From positions 1-58,194 of IMG/VR virus record IMGVR_UViG_3300009466_000003: DNA of 58,194 bases; one strand, given 5' to 3'. The notes beneath the pieces were generated by a model. That model made no database searches and was not told the origin of the DNA. It saw nothing but the letters and a program-made list of their open reading frames with translations. This document shows, in pieces, positions 1 to 9,151 of this stretch. This DNA comes from a virus (Duplodnaviria > Caudoviricetes). Both the position numbers and the translations under genes were made by a program. Positions within the stretch are counted from its first letter, which is position 1, and the number at the start of each line of letters is the position of its first letter.

Positions 1-1
1 T

Positions 2-571
2 GGAGACTTTAAGCGCATGGAGCAATTGGCTATTGTCAAAATGGCTGACAAATACCATGAGTTGGCCCAATACCATGAGCGGTTCCAGAAGGAGGCCGAA
101 ACCCTCGCAGAGGCCGAAGCCGCCCGAAAAGCCCAGTCTGAACAGGAATTTATTGAGAATGATTTGCGACTCCAGAAAGCATTTACCGCCAAAACGTGGA
201 CAAATCTGGAAGACCGTTACAATTTCCTCCAAGAGGTCGATGGTCAGGATGAGTGGAATAGCCACATCCGTAGTGCCAAGAAGAACGCCGCCGAGACCAA
301 TCTGGACCGTTTGAGCGTCGAAGACCGAAGCGCCATCCTCGCACGGGCTGCTGTTGTCCCCTTCCTAGAATCGGCCATCAACCATTATACCTCCCAGATG
401 GAGAAAGTGAGCGCCGAAAAAGACGCCAAGATCAAGGAACTCCAGACCCAGCTAGAGGGTCTAGTCGGAGCCACCCCCAGCCTTGGCAAGGCCACCGAGA
501 CCGATGTCAACGACGATGATGACACGGACGCCGATAGCCTGATGAATTTCGGAAAATCTATATTCCGCTAA
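2..571 (+). CDS. Probable capsid scaffolding protein, 5'-truncated by the window edge
   Basis: Frame is open from position 2; helical/coiled-coil, acidic C-terminus; lies directly upstream of the major capsid gene. Confidence 0.5.
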   Translation, partial: GDFKRMEQLAIVKMADKYHELAQYHERFQKEAETLAEAEAARKAQSEQEFIENDLRLQKAFTAKTWTNLEDRYNFLQEVDGQDEWNSHIRSAKKNAAETNLDRLSVEDRSAILARAAVVPFLESAINHYTSQMEKVSAEKDAKIKELQTQLEGLVGATPSLGKATETDVNDDDDTDADSLMNFGKSIFR

Positions 572-581
572 AATTCTGCTA

Positions 582-610
582 TTGACAATTTAAGGGAAAT
601 GTAATAACTT
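582..610 (+). promoter_or_regulatory. sigma70-like promoter for the capsid operon
   Basis: TTGACA (582-587), 17-nt spacer, TAACTT (605-610). Confidence 0.7.
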
Positions 611-783
611 CCCACCAAGACTGAAGTCTGAGTTGGTCGCAGACACCTCGCTGGCGGGTTAGCGCCTTCAAAATTTGTAGCCGTAAATCTCTGGTCGCGG
701 CCCAGAAACTAAACCGATAGACGGGCATCCTATGCCTTGCTATCAAAACTAACCCTTAAACCAAATAGAAAGAAACTATTAAT

Positions 784-2037
784 ATGTCAGCACCTGTTGC
801 TTCTACTTGCGAGAGCATCAATGACAATTTCCAGAGAGAGACTGGACGTATTGCCCTTGGTACCCATCGCTTGGGTCTTTATAAAGATCCCTATCTGCGT
901 CTTGTCAATCAGTCGGCGTTCCCCGACAACATGGGCAAAACGATCACCAACACCATTGCTCGCCGCTCGATTGCCTCTGGCAACGGCTGGGAGACCATTG
1001 GCGTCACTGGCGAGTCTGGTCAGGACAACTCCTGCTTGGCTCCCGTCAAAAAGGTCGGCTACGCTTTCGACCAGAAGAACTTTTCGCTCCGCCATCAGGC
1101 TGTTGAGTCGGATTGGATCTGCTTGGAAGACGTTCGCACTTCGGCCTTCCCGATTGACGATGTCAACAACTACATCAAAATCTTGGCCGACAACGTCAAC
1201 GTTGAGTGGATCAAGCGTTACGACAACGACTATCTTTCCCACGTTACCCAACTTAGCGTGGAAGCTGGTCTCGACACCCAGATCAACACTGGTGTCACCT
1301 TCACCAACGACTTGGCTACGATCAGCGGCTTGACCGCCCCGACGAGCGTTCTCACGACTGGCGTCCTGCGTCAGATCTACGACACGCTCTACACGGACAA
1401 CGCTGGCGATGACGGCGATGCGGTGACCGATGACGGTTCGCCTGTTTTCAACGTCATGTCTGATCGCGCCACCATCGAACAGATGGTCAAAATCAACGAG
1501 GATATCCGTCAGGACATCCGCTGGAGTGATCGCATCAACGATCTGCTGGGTTCCAATGGCCAGATGCTTCTTCCCAAGAAGAGCTACGCTGGTTATGTGT
1601 TCCACAGCCGTCCGTTCCCGAAACGCTTCAACGATGGCGAAGGCGGAACCCTTGTCGAGGTTGCTCCGTATATCACGGATTCGGCCTTCAAGGGCACCAA
1701 GGCTATCGTCAACCCCGCCTACAAGAATGCGAAGTATACCTCCACGGTTATCTTCCATCCCAAGGCGATGGAGTGGCTCGTCCCGAACCCGAACCTCAAA
1801 GTCGGCAAGCTTGTCTATGATGCTCAGAACTATCGCGGAGATTTCCGCTGGATCAACGAGTATGATAAGCACTGCAACCCCGACAAGAATTCGGGCTACT
1901 GGCGTGCCAAGATGGCCTGCGCGGTGAAGCAAATCTTCCCTGAGTGGGGCTATTATATCATCCACCTCCGTTGCAGCCTTGCGAACGACCTCGTTCCTTG
2001 CGCGGCAGGAAGCGGATACGGCTATCTGGTTCCCTAA
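784..2037 (+). CDS. Major capsid protein (417 aa)
   Basis: Size, strongly biased codon usage, dedicated promoter, position after a scaffold-like gene, followed by a long hairpin. Confidence 0.75.
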   Translation: MSAPVASTCESINDNFQRETGRIALGTHRLGLYKDPYLRLVNQSAFPDNMGKTITNTIARRSIASGNGWETIGVTGESGQDNSCLAPVKKVGYAFDQKNFSLRHQAVESDWICLEDVRTSAFPIDDVNNYIKILADNVNVEWIKRYDNDYLSHVTQLSVEAGLDTQINTGVTFTNDLATISGLTAPTSVLTTGVLRQIYDTLYTDNAGDDGDAVTDDGSPVFNVMSDRATIEQMVKINEDIRQDIRWSDRINDLLGSNGQMLLPKKSYAGYVFHSRPFPKRFNDGEGGTLVEVAPYITDSAFKGTKAIVNPAYKNAKYTSTVIFHPKAMEWLVPNPNLKVGKLVYDAQNYRGDFRWINEYDKHCNPDKNSGYWRAKMACAVKQIFPEWGYYIIHLRCSLANDLVPCAAGSGYGYLVP

Positions 2038-2045
2038 TTAGTTAG

Positions 2046-2104
2046 TCTCCCTTCATCAAGGCTTGCCTTGGAGTAAAATCTAAGGCAAGCTCTATGAGGA
2101 GAGA
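2046..2104 (+). terminator. Long hairpin after the capsid gene (terminator, stabiliser or processing site)
   Basis: GCTTGCCTTGGA-gtaaaa-TCTAAGGCAAGC core, extended by CTTCAT/ATGAGG; no clear U-tract. Confidence 0.5.
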
Positions 2105-2113
2105 ATAACTATT

Positions 2114-2359
2114 ATGAAACTAACTATACCTGAAGGATATACCCTGCCCGAAGACGTTGCCGATGGCGACACGTTTGAGGAGCTTGTTACGTTCCGTGTG
2201 GACGGCGATTCGCTGACTCCCACTATGTTGGCTGGCGTCGAAATTGCGGCGGAAGCCGAAGATGACGAAATGGACATGGAAGAGGAAGCCACCGCCGAAA
2301 TGGAAGCTGGTGCTTCCCCGATGGCTGGAATGGGCGAGCGAATCATGGGCATGGCCTAG
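2114..2359 (+). CDS. Small acidic protein, probably head-associated
   Basis: 81-aa ORF following the capsid gene, A-rich start context. Confidence 0.65.
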   Translation: MKLTIPEGYTLPEDVADGDTFEELVTFRVDGDSLTPTMLAGVEIAAEAEDDEMDMEEEATAEMEAGASPMAGMGERIMGMA

Positions 2360-2379
2360 CCCAGAAGGGACCATAGACT

Positions 2380-3477
2380 ATGGCCCTTCCAACACTAGAT
2401 GCTACGTTTGCTTCGGCGGCTGATGTGCCCCGAAGGTATATGCTGGCCCAATGGCTGGTTAATGAGTTGGGTTCGGGATCCATCGCTGATTACATTACCC
2501 TCCCAGAACGCTATCTCTGGGCCAAGATCGCCGTAGCCGCAGGCGCACCGAAAGATGAGGCAGCGTATATCGGGATACCCAAACAATACGCTTGGAAGGA
2601 TATCTATGATGCGGTTTCCTCGTCTTCAGATGGAACTATCGACTGGACTGAAAAACAAGCTTTGGGGCATATTGCCGCCGCTTATCGCGGAGACACAGGC
2701 ACCCCAGAAAACCTAGCCACCTATATTGACTGGCCTTGGCGCTATCAAGTTGCTTCTATTATTATCGCAACTTCAATAGATAGCGATGTAGCGGCATTTA
2801 TTGCAGCAAGTGGGGCCACAGACGTTGCAGGATTGGATGCTTTTGTTAGAGGTATAAAAGATTTGGGTCTATGGGATTCCATGGTTGCTTGGCCTCTTCG
2901 GAGCAGCCAAAACGCAGGCACAGGAACCACGGCTTACAGTTTTGGCGGCTTGGGAGGATATAACGGAACTCTTGTTAACGGCCCAATCTGGACGGATGAT
3001 GGAGTTAACTTCTTAACAGGAGATACAACATCAAAAATAACTACAGGTTTTACGGCCACCCAACCATTTAGCTTTTATGGTTGCATGCATTTTGCTTCTA
3101 ATGTTTATTCTGGCGGGGTTCTAATTGGCGCTGGACCTACTGTCTCCGTTAGCAATGCTTTTGCTACAGGAGCCAATAAAGTCGTAATGTATGCTGGTGC
3201 ATCACTTGCTTCTTCAAATACTTATACACCATCGGTAAAATGTTTTATTCAGGGTTATTTTAACGGAGCATCTTCTTCATTGTCGCTTGATGGAATAACT
3301 GTAACTGGAAATGCTGGATCTAATGCTTTTAACAATTTGACAATTGGAAACACTACAACGCAAGCAAATAAAAATTACGAAATCGCATTTCTTATGATTG
3401 TGCCAAATCAAAATGTGAATGCCAGTGTTAGCGATTTATACAAGAATACATTGGGGGTTGGTCTTGGACTGCCATGA
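2380..3477 (+). CDS. Virion fibre/decoration protein with a C-terminal ConA/LamG-like beta domain
   Basis: Repetitive N-terminal Y-x-x-x-P-x-[RQ]-Y helices; Gly/Asn/Thr-rich C-terminal half (NGTLVNGPIW, LTIGN). Confidence 0.55.
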   Translation: MALPTLDATFASAADVPRRYMLAQWLVNELGSGSIADYITLPERYLWAKIAVAAGAPKDEAAYIGIPKQYAWKDIYDAVSSSSDGTIDWTEKQALGHIAAAYRGDTGTPENLATYIDWPWRYQVASIIIATSIDSDVAAFIAASGATDVAGLDAFVRGIKDLGLWDSMVAWPLRSSQNAGTGTTAYSFGGLGGYNGTLVNGPIWTDDGVNFLTGDTTSKITTGFTATQPFSFYGCMHFASNVYSGGVLIGAGPTVSVSNAFATGANKVVMYAGASLASSNTYTPSVKCFIQGYFNGASSSLSLDGITVTGNAGSNAFNNLTIGNTTTQANKNYEIAFLMIVPNQNVNASVSDLYKNTLGVGLGLP

Positions 3478-3821
3478 GCTTTGAACTTTCAGAACGTATC
3501 ATTGCCGTTTCCGCCGAAGCTGTAGATGCGATGTTTCCACAGCTTCTCGCGCAATACGGAGAAGATCTTCCCGATGGTAATCGAAAAATACGAACCATTG
3601 GGGGCCATTGGGATGATGGGGCTAAAACCCGTATTCGCGCAGCATCACTCACTGATGGAACGATTACGGGACAATCGCTCACCAATGGCAAGTTGGCTTT
3701 TTATTGCTTGTGGCAATCTGACTTGGCAAAAGATTTTGATGACGGTAAAATTGCTGGCGTGGAACAACTTACACAAGAACAATTGATCGCATTAACCCCG
3801 AACCCTGAAGTAGCACTATGA
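3474..3821 (+). CDS. Hypothetical protein
   Basis: ATGA-coupled on both sides. Confidence 0.65.
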   Translation: MSFELSERIIAVSAEAVDAMFPQLLAQYGEDLPDGNRKIRTIGGHWDDGAKTRIRAASLTDGTITGQSLTNGKLAFYCLWQSDLAKDFDDGKIAGVEQLTQEQLIALTPNPEVAL

Positions 3822-4090
3822 GTATCGAAACTGTGAGAAATGAACGTGGGGTAAAACTCACCATGAGCGAGTTGATTGCGGGGATTGCCCTGATGGTAAC
3901 TTTATTTTCGGCCCTTAATGGGTGGGTGGTCTTGCCAGAGCAAATGCGAACCATACAAGCCAACGATGCCAAGCAGGATGCGAAGATTGAGGTCATCCAA
4001 AAGGAGGCCCAAGCCCGTAACGAAACCCTAGCTAGGATTGATGAGCGCACAAAAAGGATCGAAGAATACTTGCAATCCAAGGGCTTCTAA
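3818..4090 (+). CDS. Single-TM coiled-coil protein of the lysis module
   Basis: Hydrophobic LIAGIALMVTLFSALNGWVVL followed by a coiled coil (LARIDERTKRIEE). Confidence 0.55.
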   Translation: MSIETVRNERGVKLTMSELIAGIALMVTLFSALNGWVVLPEQMRTIQANDAKQDAKIEVIQKEAQARNETLARIDERTKRIEEYLQSKGF

Positions 4091-4105
4091 TTTAGTTTTA
4101 GATAT

Positions 4106-4390
4106 ATGAAATCATTCTTTGCCAAAATCTGGGGTATCACCACCAATGTGTTCAACTTCTTCCTCCCCGTGCTTCGGGAAATCGCCGCCTCTTCGGTTGC
4201 GGTTCTTCTGCCGATTGCCTTGGAGATTGTCCGCTCGCTGGCCGATACCGATAAAACGGGAGCCGAAAAGCGGGAGGCCGCAGTCAAAAAACTCACCACC
4301 GCCGCCAAGAAACAAGGCGTGGCAGCTTCAGAGTCTCTGATTCGTTTTACCATTGAATCCGCTGTCCAACGCTACAAATTGGAACAATGA
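4106..4390 (+). CDS. Putative holin (LL-H-like)
   Basis: Hydrophobic N-half plus GAEKREAAVKKL motif; next to the endolysin. Confidence 0.5.
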   Translation: MKSFFAKIWGITTNVFNFFLPVLREIAASSVAVLLPIALEIVRSLADTDKTGAEKREAAVKKLTTAAKKQGVAASESLIRFTIESAVQRYKLEQ

Positions 4391-4728
4391 AAGACAAAAT
4401 CCTCGCATTTCTGGTCAGCAAGCTTGGCGGTGTTATCACCCCATTAATCGCCATGGGTGTTGCAGCGGTAGTTTCTCGCCTAGCCATGATTGATCCCAAA
4501 TTGGCCGAATCTGTCGATCAAGTCAGTCTTACGGGCTTTATTGTGGCTTTGATTATCTCGATTGTTAACTACGTCACCAACGAAGTTCAAGTCAAAGGAG
4601 TCAAACAGATTCAAGCTTTGGTTAATACCGATGTTGATGGCGTGGCTGGACCGCTTACCTACACTGAGGTTCGTAGGGCCATCAAGGTTCCCAAAATGAC
4701 AAAGCCTGTCCGCCGCAAAAAGAAGTGA
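4387..4728 (+). CDS. Two-TM membrane protein with a C-terminal peptidoglycan-binding-like motif
   Basis: Two hydrophobic helices, then VKQIQALVNTDVDGVAGPLTY (DGxxGxxT motif of PG_binding_1). Confidence 0.55.
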   Translation: MKDKILAFLVSKLGGVITPLIAMGVAAVVSRLAMIDPKLAESVDQVSLTGFIVALIISIVNYVTNEVQVKGVKQIQALVNTDVDGVAGPLTYTEVRRAIKVPKMTKPVRRKKK

Positions 4729-4901
4729 AACTATCCCATGAAACCCTCAAAGCCATACTCGTCAAAAGCCCGCCCCCAGAAGATCGCAGAAGTTTCCTTG
4801 TCCGTTTACTCAGTTCCCTCAAAGTCGGAATCAAAATCAAGCGGAGCCATGATGGAAAAACTTCCTACCACTGGAGAGTCGGAGGTGGAGCGGATTTCTA
4901 G
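4725..4901 (+). CDS. 58-aa protein absent from the ORF track (MKLSHETLKAILVKSPPPEDRRSFLVRLLSSLKVGIKIKRSHDGKTSYHWRVGGGADF)
   Basis: GTG start overlaps the upstream stop (GTGA); fills the gap before the endolysin. Confidence 0.55.
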   Translation: MKLSHETLKAILVKSPPPEDRRSFLVRLLSSLKVGIKIKRSHDGKTSYHWRVGGGADF

Positions 4902-4958
4902 GAATTGGGATATTGGGCGGCGAGTTTGCAAATGGTGGTAAAACGATGGGATCGACTC

Positions 4959-5552
4959 ATGTGGCAGTCAATCCTGAAACTACTTGGGCTAGGGTCAAAA
5001 AGTGGCCCAGCGCCGTCCTTGCCGAGTTCGCCATCCGCATCCAAGCCGAACTCCACGAAAGAGCCTCCCACAGAAAAGAAGACGTATCGGGAAACAAGGG
5101 TGGTAACCCCGAACAAAAGCTCAAAAAGTATAAAGCCTCTAGCCATCGTCCTCCATCACAGCGGAGGAAGCTATCTGGGCGGGGTAAGCTGGATTAGGAA
5201 TCCCAAAAGCAGGGTCTCCTACCATTGCCTGATCGCCAGAGATGGTCGCAGGACGGTCTTTGGAGATGACACCAGTAGGATGTGGCATGCGGGAGTTAGC
5301 AGCTACAAAGGCAAGAAGGACGCCAATAGCTGGTCAATCGGAGTCAGTTTTGAGGGGGATAGCTATGAGCAACCCTTGAGTGAGGACATGATTGCCAGCG
5401 CCATTGAATACATCAAGCCCCGCATGGAAAAATGGGGAATCGGGCTGGACATGGTGCTGGATCATCGTATCATTTCTGCACCAAGAAAGAACGACCTCAA
5501 TCCCGAAGAGTATCGCAAATTTATTACCAGACTTAAAAAAGAAGTAAAATGA
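4959..5552 (+). CDS. Endolysin, N-acetylmuramoyl-L-alanine amidase (Amidase_2)
   Basis: IVLHHS, VSYHCLI, MWHAG, NSWSIGVSFEG, HR...RKND zinc-amidase motifs; ATG 4959 preferred over TTG 4905. Confidence 0.9.
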   Translation: MWQSILKLLGLGSKSGPAPSLPSSPSASKPNSTKEPPTEKKTYRETRVVTPNKSSKSIKPLAIVLHHSGGSYLGGVSWIRNPKSRVSYHCLIARDGRRTVFGDDTSRMWHAGVSSYKGKKDANSWSIGVSFEGDSYEQPLSEDMIASAIEYIKPRMEKWGIGLDMVLDHRIISAPRKNDLNPEEYRKFITRLKKEVK

Positions 5553-5704
5553 GCAAGCCGTTGAAGCCCAAGAAGAAAAGCTATCCGAAGAAGCCCGAAA
5601 TCACATCCTGCTATTACTGTGGGTCAAATAAAATTGAACAAGTTCCAATCTCGCATGTCGGAGTTATTCGGATATGCAAGAACTGCAAAGAACAACTGGA
5701 CTAA
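5549..5704 (+). CDS. 51-aa basic zinc-ribbon protein (not in ORF track)
   Basis: CYYC...CKNC; ATGA-coupled to the amidase. Confidence 0.6.
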   Translation: MSKPLKPKKKSYPKKPEITSCYYCGSNKIEQVPISHVGVIRICKNCKEQLD

Positions 5705-5708
5705 GTCT

Positions 5709-5966
5709 ATGGCCTCTCACGACAAGAGACTCCAAGAGGTGTTGGACAAGCTTGCCAAAGAACTTGTGGAATACTTTGATTCGGGGTTTGTCGTTGCCAC
5801 CTTCCAAGACGGCGGGGAAACCAAAAACGCTTTTCTCAAATTCGGTAATGACTACGCTATCGAAGGAATTGTCTCCAACATCCATGACATCCTCTACGGA
5901 CAAGACGAAGACGAAGACGACGATCTGGATGACGGAGACCTTAAAAAAGTAATCAAGGACTCTTGA
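5709..5966 (+). CDS. Hypothetical protein with acidic tail
   Basis: ATG 5709 lies just after the previous stop. Confidence 0.6.
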   Translation: MASHDKRLQEVLDKLAKELVEYFDSGFVVATFQDGGETKNAFLKFGNDYAIEGIVSNIHDILYGQDEDEDDDLDDGDLKKVIKDS

Positions 5967-5967
5967 T

Positions 5968-6189
5968 ATGGCTAATGGAACTTTATCCTTCACCCTTCCA
6001 GAAGAGCGACAAGAGTTTGAAGATGCTTGTAAAGCAGGCGATTTTCGTAGTGTTCTTAGTTATCTTGATAGCGAGCTTCGCTCTCATCTTAAGCATGATA
6101 CTCATCCTGAGTGGGATGGGCGCACTGTTGAAGAGATTAGGAAAATTCTTTGGGATCTAGTTGCCGACTACGGCATCCAGATCGATTAA
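5968..6189 (+). CDS. Hypothetical phage protein
   Basis: 73-aa ORF tightly packed in the operon. Confidence 0.65.
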   Translation: MANGTLSFTLPEERQEFEDACKAGDFRSVLSYLDSELRSHLKHDTHPEWDGRTVEEIRKILWDLVADYGIQID

Positions 6190-6212
6190 CAACAAACAAC
6201 CTACACACACCT

Positions 6213-6815
6213 ATGACTACAGCATATATCTGTGGCCCGATGCGGGGCTATCCAAAACTAAATCACGATGCCTTTTTTGAGGCCGAAGAAGAATTAATCA
6301 AAACTGGAAGAAAGGTAATCAATCCTGCCAGAATGGATTTAGAGCTTGGATTAGACCCCTACAATTCCCAGATGGATGCGAAGTTTATTGAGGAAGCCGC
6401 CAAGCGTGATATTAACGCAGTTTTTGAGTGCGACGAAATTGTTGCTCTTTGCAATTGGGAAAAATCCAAGGGGGCCAGAGCGGAAGTTGCTGTGGCCCAA
6501 TGGCTTGGAAAAACCTTGCGTCTCTATCCATCTTTGATTAGATTGGACAAAGAAGATGTGTGCGATATTGCCAAACGTCTTACTTCCTATGATCGGCAAA
6601 CAGACTACGGAAGTCCGATTGAAGACTTTACCAAACAGGCCAAGATGTGGGGAGCCATCCTTGGAGTCAATGTAACCCCGCAACAAATTGCTATGTGCAT
6701 GATTGCCGTGAAACTCAGCCGTCTTACCAACTCACCCCGTCATCGGGATAGTGTGGTGGACATCGTCGGCTATGCGCGGTGTTTAGATCTCTGCAACCAA
6801 GCAACCTCTCTATGA
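6213..6815 (+). CDS. DUF4406 (nucleoside deoxyribosyltransferase-like) fused to DUF6378 (dNTP pyrophosphatase-like)
   Basis: YICGPMRG...VINPA...WEKSKGARAE, then DRQTDYGSP...KLSRL...DSVVDIVGYA. Confidence 0.75.
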   Translation: MTTAYICGPMRGYPKLNHDAFFEAEEELIKTGRKVINPARMDLELGLDPYNSQMDAKFIEEAAKRDINAVFECDEIVALCNWEKSKGARAEVAVAQWLGKTLRLYPSLIRLDKEDVCDIAKRLTSYDRQTDYGSPIEDFTKQAKMWGAILGVNVTPQQIAMCMIAVKLSRLTNSPRHRDSVVDIVGYARCLDLCNQATSL

Positions 6816-7600
6816 GCAAAAAAATAGCAGTCCTTTCGGATTTCCATTGCGGCCACAAGGTCGGACTGACCCCGAAAGGCTATCTACCCGAAGAACCAGC
6901 AAACGAACGTGCAAGGTGGGTTCACGCCAACCAAGCCTATTACAACTGGTACAAGAAAAACATCCACCTCCACGGCCCCTACGATATTATTTTCCTTAAC
7001 GGAGACCTCGTAGACGGCACGGGCAAGAAGTCGGGAGGAACCGAACAGATCACCACCGACATGGAAGAGCAGTGTGATATGGCGGTCAAGATCATCCGTG
7101 AAATCCCGAAAACCAAAAACTGTTCCATCGTCATTACCCGTGGGACGCCCTACCATACAGGGGATTCGGAGGACTGGGAAAACATTATCGCAGATAGGGT
7201 GGGGGCGGCTATTGGAGAACATGAATGGGTAGACGTAGAAGGGGTCGTATTTGACCTTAAACACCACCCAGCAGGCTCCAGCGGCATTCCCCATGGTCGC
7301 CATAGCGGAGTGGCCAGAGATCGTCTCTGGAACCTCATCTGGGCCGAAAAAGAGCTACAGCCCAAGGGGGATGTATTTATCCGCTCCCATGTCCATTACC
7401 ACAACTTCGCAGGAGGACCAGACTGGCTGGCCATGACCACCCCAGCCTTACAGGGATTTGGTAGCCGCTACGGAGCCAGACGCTGCACGGGCATTGTGGA
7501 CTTCGGGTTTATCACCTTCACCGTCAACAAAGGAACATACACATGGCAACCCATCATAGCAAAACTGGAAGAGCAAAAAGCCCCCATGATAAAATTGTAG
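6812..7600 (+). CDS. Calcineurin-like metallophosphoesterase
   Basis: SDFHCG, NGDLVDG, RGTPYH, KHH, RSHVH motifs. Confidence 0.85.
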   Translation: MSKKIAVLSDFHCGHKVGLTPKGYLPEEPANERARWVHANQAYYNWYKKNIHLHGPYDIIFLNGDLVDGTGKKSGGTEQITTDMEEQCDMAVKIIREIPKTKNCSIVITRGTPYHTGDSEDWENIIADRVGAAIGEHEWVDVEGVVFDLKHHPAGSSGIPHGRHSGVARDRLWNLIWAEKELQPKGDVFIRSHVHYHNFAGGPDWLAMTTPALQGFGSRYGARRCTGIVDFGFITFTVNKGTYTWQPIIAKLEEQKAPMIKL

Positions 7601-7833
7601 TCCCGTCATGGGATAGTGTCTGGGATTCCCTAAACGAAGATCGCGGAAAATCAACCATCGAATCCATGAACGCCGATGGATGGAAAACTGTTGTGCAGGC
7701 GGCAGAATCAACGGGACTCTCCCGTCCTCGCGTTAATCATATGGCCCATGAAGGAAAATTGGAGTGGACCAAAAAGCGCGTGTATTCTGGTGGAAAGACC
7801 CGCGAAATGATGTTTGTCAGGCCGAAGGTTTAA
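7543..7833 (+). CDS. Small HTH-like protein
   Basis: WKTVVQAAESTGLSRPRVNHM helix-turn-helix pattern. Confidence 0.5.
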   Translation: MATHHSKTGRAKSPHDKIVVPSWDSVWDSLNEDRGKSTIESMNADGWKTVVQAAESTGLSRPRVNHMAHEGKLEWTKKRVYSGGKTREMMFVRPKV

Positions 7834-8051
7834 GCCTGATCGGCCCGATCACAGCATCCTGACAATCGTTTGCGATTGGATGGATGGGCGCGTTCCGAAG
7901 ATGCGTCGAAAGCAGCCTTGGCTTCTGGCGTGTTGTCTCCGCGCTTGATGCAATCCAAACAATTTCCCAGCCAAGGCCGACCCCCATACCAACCAAGGGC
8001 ACAAGTAAATTGACCTCTATCGCGGTTTCTGGATTGGTGGGGGCAAGTCAT
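7830..8051 (-). CDS. Small Cys-rich protein at the end of the tail-like operon
   Basis: MTCPH...C...CLDC...CC; ATGA-coupled to the upstream gene. Confidence 0.6.
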   Translation of the reverse strand: MTCPHQSRNRDRGQFTCALGWYGGRPWLGNCLDCIKRGDNTPEAKAAFDASSERAHPSNRKRLSGCCDRADQA

Positions 8052-8746
8052 GGAACTACCTCCCAAACATAGTTCCCATCTAAATAAATTCCTTCTGGGC
8101 TATTATACGGTCCCCCATCGGCGCGACCATTTATATTCATAGTCCACATTGATGCGCGTGATGTGTTTTCATTTGGGGTGTTATATCTAAGTTCTACAAT
8201 ATTACCACCACTGTATCTTGAATCAAATCCAGACCAAAGGCACACATCTTGTCTTGTTATGGTAAAAGTGCTGGCTGGTGATCCGCCAACAAAATCATCA
8301 TAAGTGTTTACAGTGTAAGTGTCGGCAAAGTCATCTGGATACATTCCCAATCCAGAATCTCCACCAAGACAATTGCCAACAATTCCGCATGCAAAATCTA
8401 CACAGGTTCCCCACCCAACTTCTGGAATTAGCTGAAAAAATCCTAAATAACCAATATTTCCATATCCTCCGAATGGCCCAGTATAATTATCGAAGTAATA
8501 AGCGAGCAATGGCCCGCCTTCAGTATTTACAATTTCTGGTTCCGAAAGCTTGACCAATGATCCATCGTTCATTGTGTCTGGCAAATCTTCAAAAGAATAA
8601 AATCCGTTCACAAGCCCTTCGGCAGGATACATACAACATCCCTCTGGTGGTTCACAACAAGAACAACTCACCCTGCGATCTCCGCTAACTAATTTGGTAA
8701 TGATGCGGAGTTGGCCCGAAATAAGTTGCGTCTTAATCGTTGACAT
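8048..8746 (-). CDS. Putative tail fibre/receptor-binding protein
   Basis: N-terminal SCSCC...CC, Gly/Tyr/Asp-rich AT-rich body; lies in the structural operon. Confidence 0.45.
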   Translation of the reverse strand: MSTIKTQLISGQLRIITKLVSGDRRVSCSCCEPPEGCCMYPAEGLVNGFYSFEDLPDTMNDGSLVKLSEPEIVNTEGGPLLAYYFDNYTGPFGGYGNIGYLGFFQLIPEVGWGTCVDFACGIVGNCLGGDSGLGMYPDDFADTYTVNTYDDFVGGSPASTFTITRQDVCLWSGFDSRYSGGNIVELRYNTPNENTSRASMWTMNINGRADGGPYNSPEGIYLDGNYVWEVVP

Positions 8747-9151
8747 TTATTCACAATCAACAGTTTCAATCCATTGCAATTCTGTGTCTCGGACACAAAG
8801 AACGTATAATTTATTGTCGTTTGGCCTTGGCGGCAAAATGGTTTCTATTGAATTCTGTTTTTGATCTGCGGCTCTAGTGGCTTGATTTGTTTTGTTTGCA
8901 GAATTTGTTGTCGGCTTGTATTCAACACTGGGCTGTTGTGAAAATTGCAACGAGGGATCTATTTGAGACAAAGCTGCCCTGAGATCTTTATTTGACTGAG
9001 ATTCTTTTTTTAAGAAAAAAGAAACACTATTGGTAGCTTGGGCCTGTTTAAATTCCCTTTCTATCCTCTTGTCTTTTGCCCGACCAAGTCTTGTTTCGCG
9101 AATTTCTTGTTCCAGTTTTTCGCGGGCTGCTCTTTTTTCAAAAAGATTCAT
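8747..9151 (-). CDS. Hypothetical structural-operon protein
   Basis: 134-aa ORF abutting both neighbours. Confidence 0.6.
   Translation of the reverse strand: MNLFEKRAAREKLEQEIRETRLGRAKDKRIEREFKQAQATNSVSFFLKKESQSNKDLRAALSQIDPSLQFSQQPSVEYKPTTNSANKTNQATRAADQKQNSIETILPPRPNDNKLYVLCVRDTELQWIETVDCE

Noticed and set aside
787-1965. 392-aa antisense ORF and other long shadow ORFs (for example 29367-29975, 40069-40743)
   Set aside because: Explained by codon bias of the real gene on the opposite strand
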